64,000 nt of DNA. It comes from Candidatus Latescibacterota bacterium (GTDB taxonomy: Bacteria > Latescibacterota > UBA2968 > GCA-2709665). The notes under the pieces are model-generated. The model was not told where the DNA came from. It searched no databases and saw nothing but the letters and a program-made list of their open reading frames with translations. This document shows, piece after piece, positions 55,975 through 64,000 of this stretch. The stretch's first letter is position 1. The number at the start of each line of letters is the position of its first letter. Both the position numbers and the translations under genes were made by a program. The DNA lies in NCBI GenBank assembly GCA_965205485.1, contig OZ242180.1:2112001-2176000 (forward strand). The letters run 5' to 3'.

Positions 55975-57144
55975 TCATCCCTGGATCTTTCGCACACAAT
56001 CGGTAATGCGGTCCAATGCTTTCTGAATGTTTTCAATCGAATTGGCAAAGGAAAAGCGGACGTGGCCTTCGCCGGATGCGCCGAAGCCGTGTCCCGACAG
56101 AGCAGCGACGTTTCCTTCGTACAAAAGATAGTCGGCGAGTTCATGGGAGGAGAGCCCCAGGTCCTCGATATTCGGAAAGAGGTAGAACGCGCCGCCCGGG
56201 AGCCGGCAGCGGATGCCCGGGATTTCGCGGAGCCCTGCGACGAAGATGTCCCGGCGGCGTTTGAATTCAGCCACCATAGTGTGGACGTCATCCTGCGGAC
56301 CCTGAAGCGCGGCCAGAGCGGCCCTCTGGGTGAACGTCGCGGTGCAGGAGTTGCTGTTGACCATCAGGAGTCCGAACTGTTCCGCCAGATTCCGCGGCAT
56401 CACTCCGTACCCGATTCGCCATCCCGTCATCGCGTACGTCTTGGAGAAGCCGTCCAGAATGATGGTCAGGTCCTGCATACCCTCGTACACTGAAATACTG
56501 TGGAAGGCGTCGTCGTACCGGATGCGGGAGTAGATCTCGTCGGCAAGTACCGGGATCCCCCTGTCGACGGCAAGTTCCGCGATCGCCTCCAGGTCTGCCG
56601 GAGGGATGATTCCACTCGTGGGGTTATGCGGGGAATTGATGATGAGAAGCCGGGTGCGGTCCGTAATCAGGTCCGCCAGTTCATTCACGTCGAGACTGAA
56701 GTCACGTTCTTCCGTAAGCGAAACGGGCACCGGCCGCGCGCCGGCAAATCTGATTACGGACTCGTAGATTGGAAATCCGGGGTCGGGATAGATGACCTCG
56801 TCTCCCGGCTGTGCAAGAGCCAGAATGGCGTAGAACATGATCGGTTTGGCGCCGGGGGTGACCACAACCTGGTCAGGATTGACCTGGATTCCACGGAATC
56901 CGGAGACGTCCTGTGCGATGGCCTCGCGGAGTTCCGGCAGTCCCACCGGGGGACCGTAGTGCGTATAACCCGAAGAAAGCGCATGCCGGGCGGCATCCAC
57001 GATATGGGCCGGGGTATCGAAATCGGGCTCGCCGATTTCAAGGTGGACCACGTCCCTGCCCTGGGACTCCAGTTCTCGCGCTTTGACGAGCACTTCGAAC
57101 GCGGATTCAGTACCGAGCTGGTCCATGCGGCGCGCCAGGTTCAT
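55975..57144 (-). CDS. Class I/II PLP aminotransferase (aspartate/aromatic)
   Basis: IGEPDFDTP, NSPHNPTS, DEIY, GFSKTYAMTGWRIG. Confidence 0.93.
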   Translation of the reverse strand: MNLARRMDQLGTESAFEVLVKARELESQGRDVVHLEIGEPDFDTPAHIVDAARHALSSGYTHYGPPVGLPELREAIAQDVSGFRGIQVNPDQVVVTPGAKPIMFYAILALAQPGDEVIYPDPGFPIYESVIRFAGARPVPVSLTEERDFSLDVNELADLITDRTRLLIINSPHNPTSGIIPPADLEAIAELAVDRGIPVLADEIYSRIRYDDAFHSISVYEGMQDLTIILDGFSKTYAMTGWRIGYGVMPRNLAEQFGLLMVNSNSCTATFTQRAALAALQGPQDDVHTMVAEFKRRRDIFVAGLREIPGIRCRLPGGAFYLFPNIEDLGLSSHELADYLLYEGNVAALSGHGFGASGEGHVRFSFANSIENIQKALDRITDCVRKIQG

Positions 57145-58010
57145 GGGGTCACCCTTTTTTCCCGCAAACTGCCTTTGACAGTCCTGCCCAGCGTGTAGGA
57201 GCCGAGGATTTTGAGGAAGCTGGCCATTTTTTCAAGGTGATCAACCGCCTGCCGGCACGCTTCGCTGGATAGGCGGCCTTCGAAATCCAGGTAGAAGACG
57301 TATTCCCAGGGTCGACCGCTCAAGGGGCGGGATTCGATCTTCAGGAGATTGATATCCCGCATTGCGAATACGCCCAGGCTCTTGAACAGGGCGCCGGGGA
57401 TGTGATCCAGGGCATAGACGATGGTGGTCTTGGCGGGATCGACGGGTTCAGCCGGCTCGGAGGCCACGACCAGAAACCGGGTGTAGTTCCGGTGGTCGTT
57501 TTCCAGGCCTTCTCGGAGGATTTCCAGATCGTAGTCGATCGCCGCCTGTGCGCTGGCGATGGCGGCGGCATCTTTCGCGTTCTCTTCCTTGATCTGTTTG
57601 ACGGCGCCGGCCGTGTCCTGCGCCACCACGGCTTCGACGCCCGCGTTAGATCGAATGAACTCGGTACATTGCGCCAGGGCAGGCGCCTGCGAGTAGATCT
57701 GCCTGACGTCTTCCATCCGGACGCCGGGATTGACAATGAGGTTGTGTACGATTCGAAGTTTGATTTCGCCCACGATGTAGAGATCCTGCCGAAGGAGCAG
57801 ATCGTAGTTTTCATGAATGCTCCCCATGAGAGAATTCTCAATGGGTACCATGCCGTGCGTGCAGGCGCCGACGGCGACAGCGTTGAAAAGACCTGCGAAG
57901 TCGGACTGCGGGACCACCCGGACATTTTCACAGAAGTAACTGCGGGCGGCCATCTCGCTGAATGCGCCCATTTCGCCCTGGAACGCGACAACGGGATCTC
58001 TAGAACTCAC
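57141..58010 (-). CDS. pheA: Prephenate dehydratase (PDT + ACT, no chorismate mutase domain)
   Basis: VAFQGEMGAFSE, PIENSLMG, NYTRFLV, NLLKIESRP, YVFYLD; GTG 58010 with GGAGG SD. Confidence 0.92.
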   Translation of the reverse strand: MSSRDPVVAFQGEMGAFSEMAARSYFCENVRVVPQSDFAGLFNAVAVGACTHGMVPIENSLMGSIHENYDLLLRQDLYIVGEIKLRIVHNLIVNPGVRMEDVRQIYSQAPALAQCTEFIRSNAGVEAVVAQDTAGAVKQIKEENAKDAAAIASAQAAIDYDLEILREGLENDHRNYTRFLVVASEPAEPVDPAKTTIVYALDHIPGALFKSLGVFAMRDINLLKIESRPLSGRPWEYVFYLDFEGRLSSEACRQAVDHLEKMASFLKILGSYTLGRTVKGSLREKRVTP

Positions 58011-58138
58011 TTTGCCTCCATGAACGGAATCGGCGCACGCGGCCCGCGTGGATTGGAGTGCGGCAGCCGAGGGCGTAGACGACTGTATCGAGTCAAAAGT
58101 TCCGAAAGCCGGCGCCCGGAAAAAACGGACGCAATCGG

Positions 58139-59089
58139 CTAACCGGTTTCCAGCAGGGCGGTCAGATGGTATTCGACGCACAGGGCGAGGCCATTGAGGT
58201 CGTAACCGCCTTCCAGAACCGAGATGAGACGATCGTTGGCGTACATCCTTGCGAGTTGACGGACTCTGCGCGTCATTTCGGCGAATCCGTCCCCCGTGAC
58301 CCGGGTGCCGGAAAGCGGGTCGTCGACGTGCGCGTCGAAACCTGCCGAAACGATGACGAATTCCGGCTGGAAACACTCCATTGCGGGGGCCAGAAGCTCG
58401 TCGAATGCGCGAAGGAATTGTTGGTCCCCCGCGCCGGCGGGCAGGGGGGCGTTCAGGTTCGTTCCCGATCCCGCGCCGATCCCCCTTTCGCCGCTGCCGC
58501 CGCTGAACCACGGATAGTGCGGGTACTGATGGGCGCTGAAATAGAAGACCGTTGGGTCTTCCTCGAAGATGTGCTGCGTACCGTTTCCGTGATGCACGTC
58601 CCAGTCGACGATGAGGATTCGTTCCAGCCGATGGGCTGCCTGGATGTATCGGGCGGCGACGGCCGCGTTGTTGAACAGGCAGAAGCCCATCGCACTGTCC
58701 CGCTCCGCGTGATGGCCCGGCGGACGCGCGGCGCAGAATACCGCGTCTGCGCGGCTATCCATCACTGCCTCGGCCGCCTCACAGGCCGCCCCTGCCGCGA
58801 GGCGGCCGACCTCAAAGGATGCAGGGCATATAAACGTGTCCCCCGCGTCCATGAGGTGTATGTTTCGTTCACATCGGCGTTGTACATCCTTAATGTGCCG
58901 TGCGGTGTGGACCGTCTCCAGCCAGTCGGCTTCCAGTATTCTCGGCGCGATCTCGACCAGCCGGTCGCTGAGTCCGGTCTCGTCCAGCCGGCTCTGGATG
59001 GCGACGAGCCGCTCCGGTCGTTCCGGATGCCCGAAGCCCGTGTCATGCCGGGAAAAATCAGGATGCGCGATCAGCCCCACCCTTGGCAT
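58139..59089 (-). CDS. Histone deacetylase-family (AcuC/HdaH) amidohydrolase
   Basis: HPERPERL, RPPGHHA, GFCLFNN, DWDVHHGNGTQ, SAGFDAH, LEGGY. Confidence 0.93.
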   Translation of the reverse strand: MPRVGLIAHPDFSRHDTGFGHPERPERLVAIQSRLDETGLSDRLVEIAPRILEADWLETVHTARHIKDVQRRCERNIHLMDAGDTFICPASFEVGRLAAGAACEAAEAVMDSRADAVFCAARPPGHHAERDSAMGFCLFNNAAVAARYIQAAHRLERILIVDWDVHHGNGTQHIFEEDPTVFYFSAHQYPHYPWFSGGSGERGIGAGSGTNLNAPLPAGAGDQQFLRAFDELLAPAMECFQPEFVIVSAGFDAHVDDPLSGTRVTGDGFAEMTRRVRQLARMYANDRLISVLEGGYDLNGLALCVEYHLTALLETG

Positions 59090-59108
59090 TGTCCCTCCGG
59101 ATCGATGG

Positions 59109-59618
59109 CTACTTCTGTCGCCAGATTTCCCAGACAAGGTGTGACAGTTCCGGGACGATCAGTTTTTCCATTGCAAGGCGAACGGCGCCGGAAGAGCCGG
59201 GCATGCAGAATATCATCGTGTCGCGGTAGACGCCGGCCACTGCGCGGGAGAGCATGGCGCCGGAGCCAATGTCATCCCAACTCAGGGTGCGGAAGAGTTC
59301 GCCGAAGCCGTCCAATCGCTTTTCAAGCAGTCCCGTCACGGCTTCGTAGGTCGTGTCCCGCGCCGCGATACCCGTGCCGCCGCTTGTCAGAATGGCCTGG
59401 CAATCGCCCGCGTCCGTAATCCGGATGACGAGGTCGCGTATGCGGGCAGGCTCGTCAGGGACGATCTGGTAGAAGCCCGTGGTGTGGCCTCCAGCCTCGA
59501 GAAGATCCCTGATTATCCCGCCGCTTTTGTCGTCGGCTTCCGTACGCGTGTCGCTGATGGTGAGTACGGCGCAGCATACGGCGCCCTGTGCCTGTTTCTT
59601 GTGGTCCTCGTAGGGCAA
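59109..59618 (-). CDS. moaB: Molybdopterin adenylyltransferase MoaB/MogA family
   Basis: VLTISDTRTEADDKSG, TSGGTGIAARDTTYEA, AMLSRAVAG, MPGS; TTG 59618 with AGGAGG SD. Confidence 0.88.
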   Translation of the reverse strand: MPYEDHKKQAQGAVCCAVLTISDTRTEADDKSGGIIRDLLEAGGHTTGFYQIVPDEPARIRDLVIRITDAGDCQAILTSGGTGIAARDTTYEAVTGLLEKRLDGFGELFRTLSWDDIGSGAMLSRAVAGVYRDTMIFCMPGSSGAVRLAMEKLIVPELSHLVWEIWRQK

Positions 59619-59787
59619 TGGGTCCCTCCTCGCGTTGAACCTTCGGTGGATAATCCGCTCTTGTCCCTGTATTGTGGTGGGTTTATATTTGTGGCTGACC
59701 TGAAAAGAAGCCGGTTCGCGAGTCCGAATTCGAAGCAAAGTAAAATCCATTTGCCTGATGCGTTTGTTCACCTGAGAGGCGTACACA

Positions 59788-60885
59788 ATGTCCCTGAAGA
59801 CCGTAACTGTTCTCGGCGGCGGAAACACGGCGTTTGCCGTGGCTGCCAACCTCAGCCTGAAGGGTTTTGAAATCACACTCTATGAGGTTCCCGGTTTCGG
59901 GGAATCTCTGGATCCAGTTGTGGACGACGGCATCATCCATCTACTCGGGGCGGCAGGACAGGGCGCGGCCAGAATCCACTGCGTCACCACCGATATCGAG
60001 GAGGCCCTGGAATCGCCGGATATCATCCTGCTCATCGTGCCGGCATACGCGCACAAACCCTTTGCGAAAGTCTGCGCGCCGCACCTGCGCCCGGGCCAGA
60101 CCGTCGTCATCATGCCAGGTACCCTCGGTACCCTCGAATGGGCGCGGCTCCTCCGGGAAGCCGGCGTCGAAGGCGTCGTCCTCGGCGAAGTGGATACCGC
60201 GCCGTTCGTGTGCCGGAAGACGGCTCCGGACGCCGCAACCATCTGGGGAATCGTCACCGGCCTGGGCCTGGGCGTCTTTCCGGCCGGCGAATTCGATCAC
60301 GTACGCGGACGGTTGGATACCCTTTTTCCGGGCATAGCGGGTTATCCTGACGTGATGGCCTGCGGTCTGGCCGCAATGAACCCGGTGGTCCATCCCGCGG
60401 GTGTCCTCCTTAACGCCGGCCGTGTGGAGTATTCACACGGTGAGTTTTACTTCTACGAAGAGGGCGTCACCCCAACCGTGGCCAGAGTGATCATGCAGGT
60501 TGACTCCGAACGCCGCTCGATAGCCAGCCGGCTGGGTTACAACCTGTGCCCGGCGAATGTCGCCTTTCATCGCGCCGGCTTCGGACCGGAAGGAGATCTG
60601 TGGGCGACCATTAACGGCAGTTACATGCTCACCCGTCTTAAGGCGCCCGGCTCCATGGACAGCCGCTGGCTCACGGAAGACATTCCCTACGGACTGGCGG
60701 CGTGGCACTCAGTGGGCGCACAGTACAATGTGCCTGCGCCCACCATACGCGCGATGGTCGACATCGGATCGATCGTTATCGGAGATGACGGGTGGGCTTC
60801 AGGCAGAGACGTCTCTGATCTGGGCATCGCCGGGATGGACCCGTGCGAGTTGAAGGCATATCTTCAAACGGGGAAGATCCCCTGA
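59788..60885 (+). CDS. NAD/NADP-dependent opine (octopine/nopaline) dehydrogenase family
   Basis: VLGGGNTAFAVAA, NPVVHPAGVLLN, FYFYEEG, RWLTEDIPYGL. Confidence 0.85.
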   Translation: MSLKTVTVLGGGNTAFAVAANLSLKGFEITLYEVPGFGESLDPVVDDGIIHLLGAAGQGAARIHCVTTDIEEALESPDIILLIVPAYAHKPFAKVCAPHLRPGQTVVIMPGTLGTLEWARLLREAGVEGVVLGEVDTAPFVCRKTAPDAATIWGIVTGLGLGVFPAGEFDHVRGRLDTLFPGIAGYPDVMACGLAAMNPVVHPAGVLLNAGRVEYSHGEFYFYEEGVTPTVARVIMQVDSERRSIASRLGYNLCPANVAFHRAGFGPEGDLWATINGSYMLTRLKAPGSMDSRWLTEDIPYGLAAWHSVGAQYNVPAPTIRAMVDIGSIVIGDDGWASGRDVSDLGIAGMDPCELKAYLQTGKIP

Positions 60886-60964
60886 CCTCTCCGCGTGAGA
60901 TCGGTGCATTGTCGCATCGGTATCTATCTCCGACCGGCCCGCGTTATCAAGGGTCAACGGGCTG

Positions 60965-61954
60965 CTAAGACGTCCGGATGCGTTCTTCGTAGTACGATTG
61001 CAGACATCGATCCATCACCCATCCCGTCCGCGCCGCGCTTTCGCCGGTCGACTCGCACGTTCCCCTGCCCAGGATTTCGTCCACGACCGTCTGGATCAGC
61101 GGCTGATGAACGTGCGGCGGATTCCGGAATTCCACGGTGGTTGTCACCGCGCCTTTCTTGACCCGGATGCCGGTATCCGAAAAAACCGGGCATTGCAACT
61201 CGCCGTCGGAGCCGGTAAACGTAATCCGATCGTCGGAAAAACCGGCGTTGAAATTCCAGATGCCTGTTCCCACGATCCCGGATTCAAATTCAAAGCCGGC
61301 CGCGACCGTGTCCTCGGCCTGGTACGTACCCCCCGTATTCGCCGCGCATCCCCAAACCCGTCTGATCGGACTCACGAGGAAATCCAGCAGATCCAGTCCG
61401 TGAGATCCCAGGTCCATGAACAACCCCCCGCCCGACACCTCCGGCCTGAATCGCCAGCCGTCCGCATCCTCGCCGCGGGCCAGCAGTTCGTAGTGCGTAA
61501 TGTGTACCGAACTCAACTCCCCGACCGCTCCTTCCTGAAGCAACTTCCTGACGCGCAGGAATCGAGGAAGGGCCCGCCTGTAGTATGCCACAAAAAGCGG
61601 CCGTCCTCTGTTCCGGAAGGCCGCCACCATTTGCCGGCATTCGCTGTGATCCATCGCCATAGGCTTTTCAACCAGGCATGGTTTTCCCGCCTGCGCCACT
61701 TTCAATGCCAGTTCGAGATGCGAAGACGGCGGGGTGGCCACATACACGGCATCGACACCGTCATCCTCAATCAATGCCTCCGCCTGCCCGTAATGCCGCG
61801 GCACGCCGTGCCGGTTCGCGTAGTCGGCCGCCTTTTGCACGTCCCGCCTCATCACCGCCACCAGCTTCGCCGTGTTGGCATTCTGAAATCCAGGTCCGCT
61901 CTTCACCTCCGTGACGTCGCCACATCCAACGATTCCCCATCGCACGCACTCCAT
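60965..61954 (-). CDS. Gfo/Idh/MocA oxidoreductase
   Basis: WGIVGCGDV, YVATPPSSH, VEKPMA, GGGLFMDLGSH. Confidence 0.9.
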   Translation of the reverse strand: MECVRWGIVGCGDVTEVKSGPGFQNANTAKLVAVMRRDVQKAADYANRHGVPRHYGQAEALIEDDGVDAVYVATPPSSHLELALKVAQAGKPCLVEKPMAMDHSECRQMVAAFRNRGRPLFVAYYRRALPRFLRVRKLLQEGAVGELSSVHITHYELLARGEDADGWRFRPEVSGGGLFMDLGSHGLDLLDFLVSPIRRVWGCAANTGGTYQAEDTVAAGFEFESGIVGTGIWNFNAGFSDDRITFTGSDGELQCPVFSDTGIRVKKGAVTTTVEFRNPPHVHQPLIQTVVDEILGRGTCESTGESAARTGWVMDRCLQSYYEERIRTS

Positions 61955-62012
61955 GTCTTTGTTCCTCAAATAGCCCCTTGAGTCAATCGTCGGGGCGAAG
62001 CAAGACAGCTTC

Positions 62013-63176
62013 TCAGCCGGTATCCTTTAGGCGCCGCCTCAGAAACGAAGGAATCTCCAGGTCGTCGAGTGAGACATCTCCTTCGGCGTTTTTCTCGGGC
62101 GCAGCCTGCAGCTCCGTTACCTCGGCGGCGCCGGCTTTGCGCATGTATGCCGGAACATCCAGACCGAGCGGGTTGTCCATCGGGACTCGCGGCGCTTGCG
62201 TTCCGGCGATATTCTCTTTCTCGGCGAAACCGGTGGCAATCACTGTTACCCGCAGCTCATCGCTGAGTCCATCATCCAGCACCGTGCCCCAGATTATATT
62301 CGCCTCGGATCCGACCGCCTTGGTGACGGTAGACACCGAATCGTCCACTTCAAACAGCTTCAAGTCGCTGCCGGCCGCGATATTCACCAGGACGCACCTC
62401 GCTCCTTCGATGGAAAGATCTTCCAGCAAGGGGCTTCGGATGGCGACCTCGGCCGCCTGGATTGCCCGACCTTCACCCGTGGCCGTGCCGGTTCCCATCA
62501 ACGCGTCACCACCCTGCTGCATTACCGTGCGCACATCGTTGAAATCCAGATTGACTTCACCCGGCATTGCAATCAGGTCCGAGATTCCGCGTGTCGCCTG
62601 CAGCAGAACGTCGTCCGCCAACCTGAAGGCCTCGCGCAGCGTGGTGTCCTCGGTGCAGACATCCAGGAGACGCTGGTTTGGAATGACAATGAGCGTGTCC
62701 ACGGAGTCCTTCAGCTGATCGATCCCCATCTCCGCGTTTCGCAACCGGGGCACCCCCTCCATCTTGAACGGCTTCGTCACGATGCCCACCGTCAATGCGC
62801 CGGCATCTCTTGCGATCTCTGCCACCACGGGCGCGGCGCCGGTGCCGGTACCGCCACCCATGCCTGCGGTCACGAATACCATGTCCGATCCGGCCAGAAG
62901 TTCGGTGACGTGGTCCCGGTCTTCTTCCATGGCCTGACGTCCGATTTCCGGATTGGCGCCGGCCCCCAGCCCTTTTGTAATCGTCTCGCCGATTTGTACC
63001 CGTTTCGACGCTTCGGATTTGTCAAGGTCCTGCAGGTCAGAATTAACCGCGATAAACTCCACGCCCTTGAGGTCTGCGGCGATCATGCGGTTAACCGCGT
63101 TGCCTCCCGCGCCGCCGACACCCACAACCCGCATCTTCGCCTGGTTGTCATTGTCAACTATTGAGAACGTGACCAT
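62013..63176 (-). CDS. ftsZ: Cell division protein FtsZ
   Basis: GVGGAGGNAVNRM, GMGGGTGTG, NLDFNDV, C-terminal LEIPSFLRR. Confidence 0.98.
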   Translation of the reverse strand: MVTFSIVDNDNQAKMRVVGVGGAGGNAVNRMIAADLKGVEFIAVNSDLQDLDKSEASKRVQIGETITKGLGAGANPEIGRQAMEEDRDHVTELLAGSDMVFVTAGMGGGTGTGAAPVVAEIARDAGALTVGIVTKPFKMEGVPRLRNAEMGIDQLKDSVDTLIVIPNQRLLDVCTEDTTLREAFRLADDVLLQATRGISDLIAMPGEVNLDFNDVRTVMQQGGDALMGTGTATGEGRAIQAAEVAIRSPLLEDLSIEGARCVLVNIAAGSDLKLFEVDDSVSTVTKAVGSEANIIWGTVLDDGLSDELRVTVIATGFAEKENIAGTQAPRVPMDNPLGLDVPAYMRKAGAAEVTELQAAPEKNAEGDVSLDDLEIPSFLRRRLKDTG

Positions 63177-63283
63177 TTAGCTTCTCCTATCAACTGCGTG
63201 AAGTGGGCAAATCCCTTCGTTCAGACCCGTTCGTTATCGTTCGTGACTGTTATGCATACGGCAGAACGCGGCCGCCGTTTACA

Positions 63284-64000
63284 CTAGAAAAAGTCCTTCA
63301 CCCACGCCTTCATCCTGCCCAGAACCGAACCAAAGTAACCGTTGCCGCCGTTGCTCAACGCGCCACCGAACTCCTGATGCTGGAGGCCGAATTTCACCAG
63401 GCCGACACCGGTCGCGTAGATGGGCTCCGCGACGTCGTCCGAAAGGCCGGTAAAGCCGTTCGGCATGCCTACGCTCACTGGCATTCCGAACACCGTTTCC
63501 GCCAGCTCAGCCGTCCCCTCGAGCATTGATCCGCCGCCGGTGATGACAACGCCTGCCGCCAGCAGATCGGCATAATCGGTCCTGCGGATCTCCCGATGGA
63601 CCAGGGAGAAGATTTCCTCCATGCGCGCTTCGATAATCGCCGACAATTCCTCTCGCGGCACCTCAAATGAGGGCCGCCCACCGATACCCGGTACGTGTAT
63701 GGTCTCGTCCTTTTCGACGAGTGAACGTGACGAACAGCCGCGAGAACGCTTGATGTTTTCCGCCTGTACCAGCGGGGTCCTCAATCCGATTGAGATATCG
63801 CTGGTTACGTTTTCCCCGCCCAGCCCCACGACGGCCGTATGCCTGATGCTTCCGTCGTAGAATACGGCGACGTCGGTTGTGCCGCCGCCAATGTCGACCA
63901 GCGTAACGCCCATTTCCTCTTCCTCGGGCGACAAAACGGCGTAGCTGGACGCCAACGGCTCCAGCACGAGATCCACAACCTCGACGCCCGCCCTTCGGAT
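63284..64000 (-). CDS. ftsA: Cell division protein FtsA (5' truncated by window edge)
   Basis: LEPLASS, VDIGGGTTD, IIEARMEEIF, VITGGGS, YATGVGL; lies upstream of ftsZ. Confidence 0.95.
   Translation of the reverse strand: MRRAGVEVVDLVLEPLASSYAVLSPEEEEMGVTLVDIGGGTTDVAVFYDGSIRHTAVVGLGGENVTSDISIGLRTPLVQAENIKRSRGCSSRSLVEKDETIHVPGIGGRPSFEVPREELSAIIEARMEEIFSLVHREIRRTDYADLLAAGVVITGGGSMLEGTAELAETVFGMPVSVGMPNGFTGLSDDVAEPIYATGVGLVKFGLQHQEFGGALSNGGNGYFGSVLGRMKAWVKDFF

Noticed and set aside
58011..58511. N-terminal extension of PheA (possible fused chorismate mutase)
   Set aside because: Off-frame overlap with the deacetylase gene and no chorismate mutase motif; the SD supports GTG 58010
1..64000. tRNA, rRNA, prophage, retron/DGR or autonomous IS
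   Set aside because: No T-loop or cloverleaf, rRNA-like tract, phage gene, reverse transcriptase or transposase motif was seen by eye; short ncRNAs cannot be excluded without an Rfam or tRNAscan search

Overview
A 64 kb, roughly 60% GC bacterial chromosomal window of about 50 CDS. It runs from a partial PDZ-domain gene and a sigma-70 factor to ftsZ and a partial ftsA. I found no rRNA, tRNA, CRISPR array, transposase, integrase or reverse transcriptase. A dockerin-like twin EF-hand protein, a FlgD-Ig-type C-terminal domain, a GWxTD protein, an ankyrin-repeat protein and many sugar and amine catabolic enzymes suggest a Latescibacterota/Gemmatimonadota-like, possibly host-associated organism. 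This is inference only. The most interesting signals are as follows. (1) A DUF2946/CruR-like leader peptide (TM helix, HDHD, CxxC, then RAPP) precedes a His-motif triple-repeat lipoprotein and a TonB-dependent receptor, a candidate ribosome-stalling metal-sensing uptake operon. (2) Two tandem MacB-like permeases both have ATT where homologues start with Met, and they are in frame across a single TAA. (3) Several classes of 7-, 8- and 9-nt periodic inverted-arm intergenic elements occur, some with G.U bias toward the transcribed strand. (4) Two non-autonomous MITE families have clear TIRs and TSDs; one copy splits a small membrane-protein gene. All product calls come from reading motifs by eye; no database searches were run.
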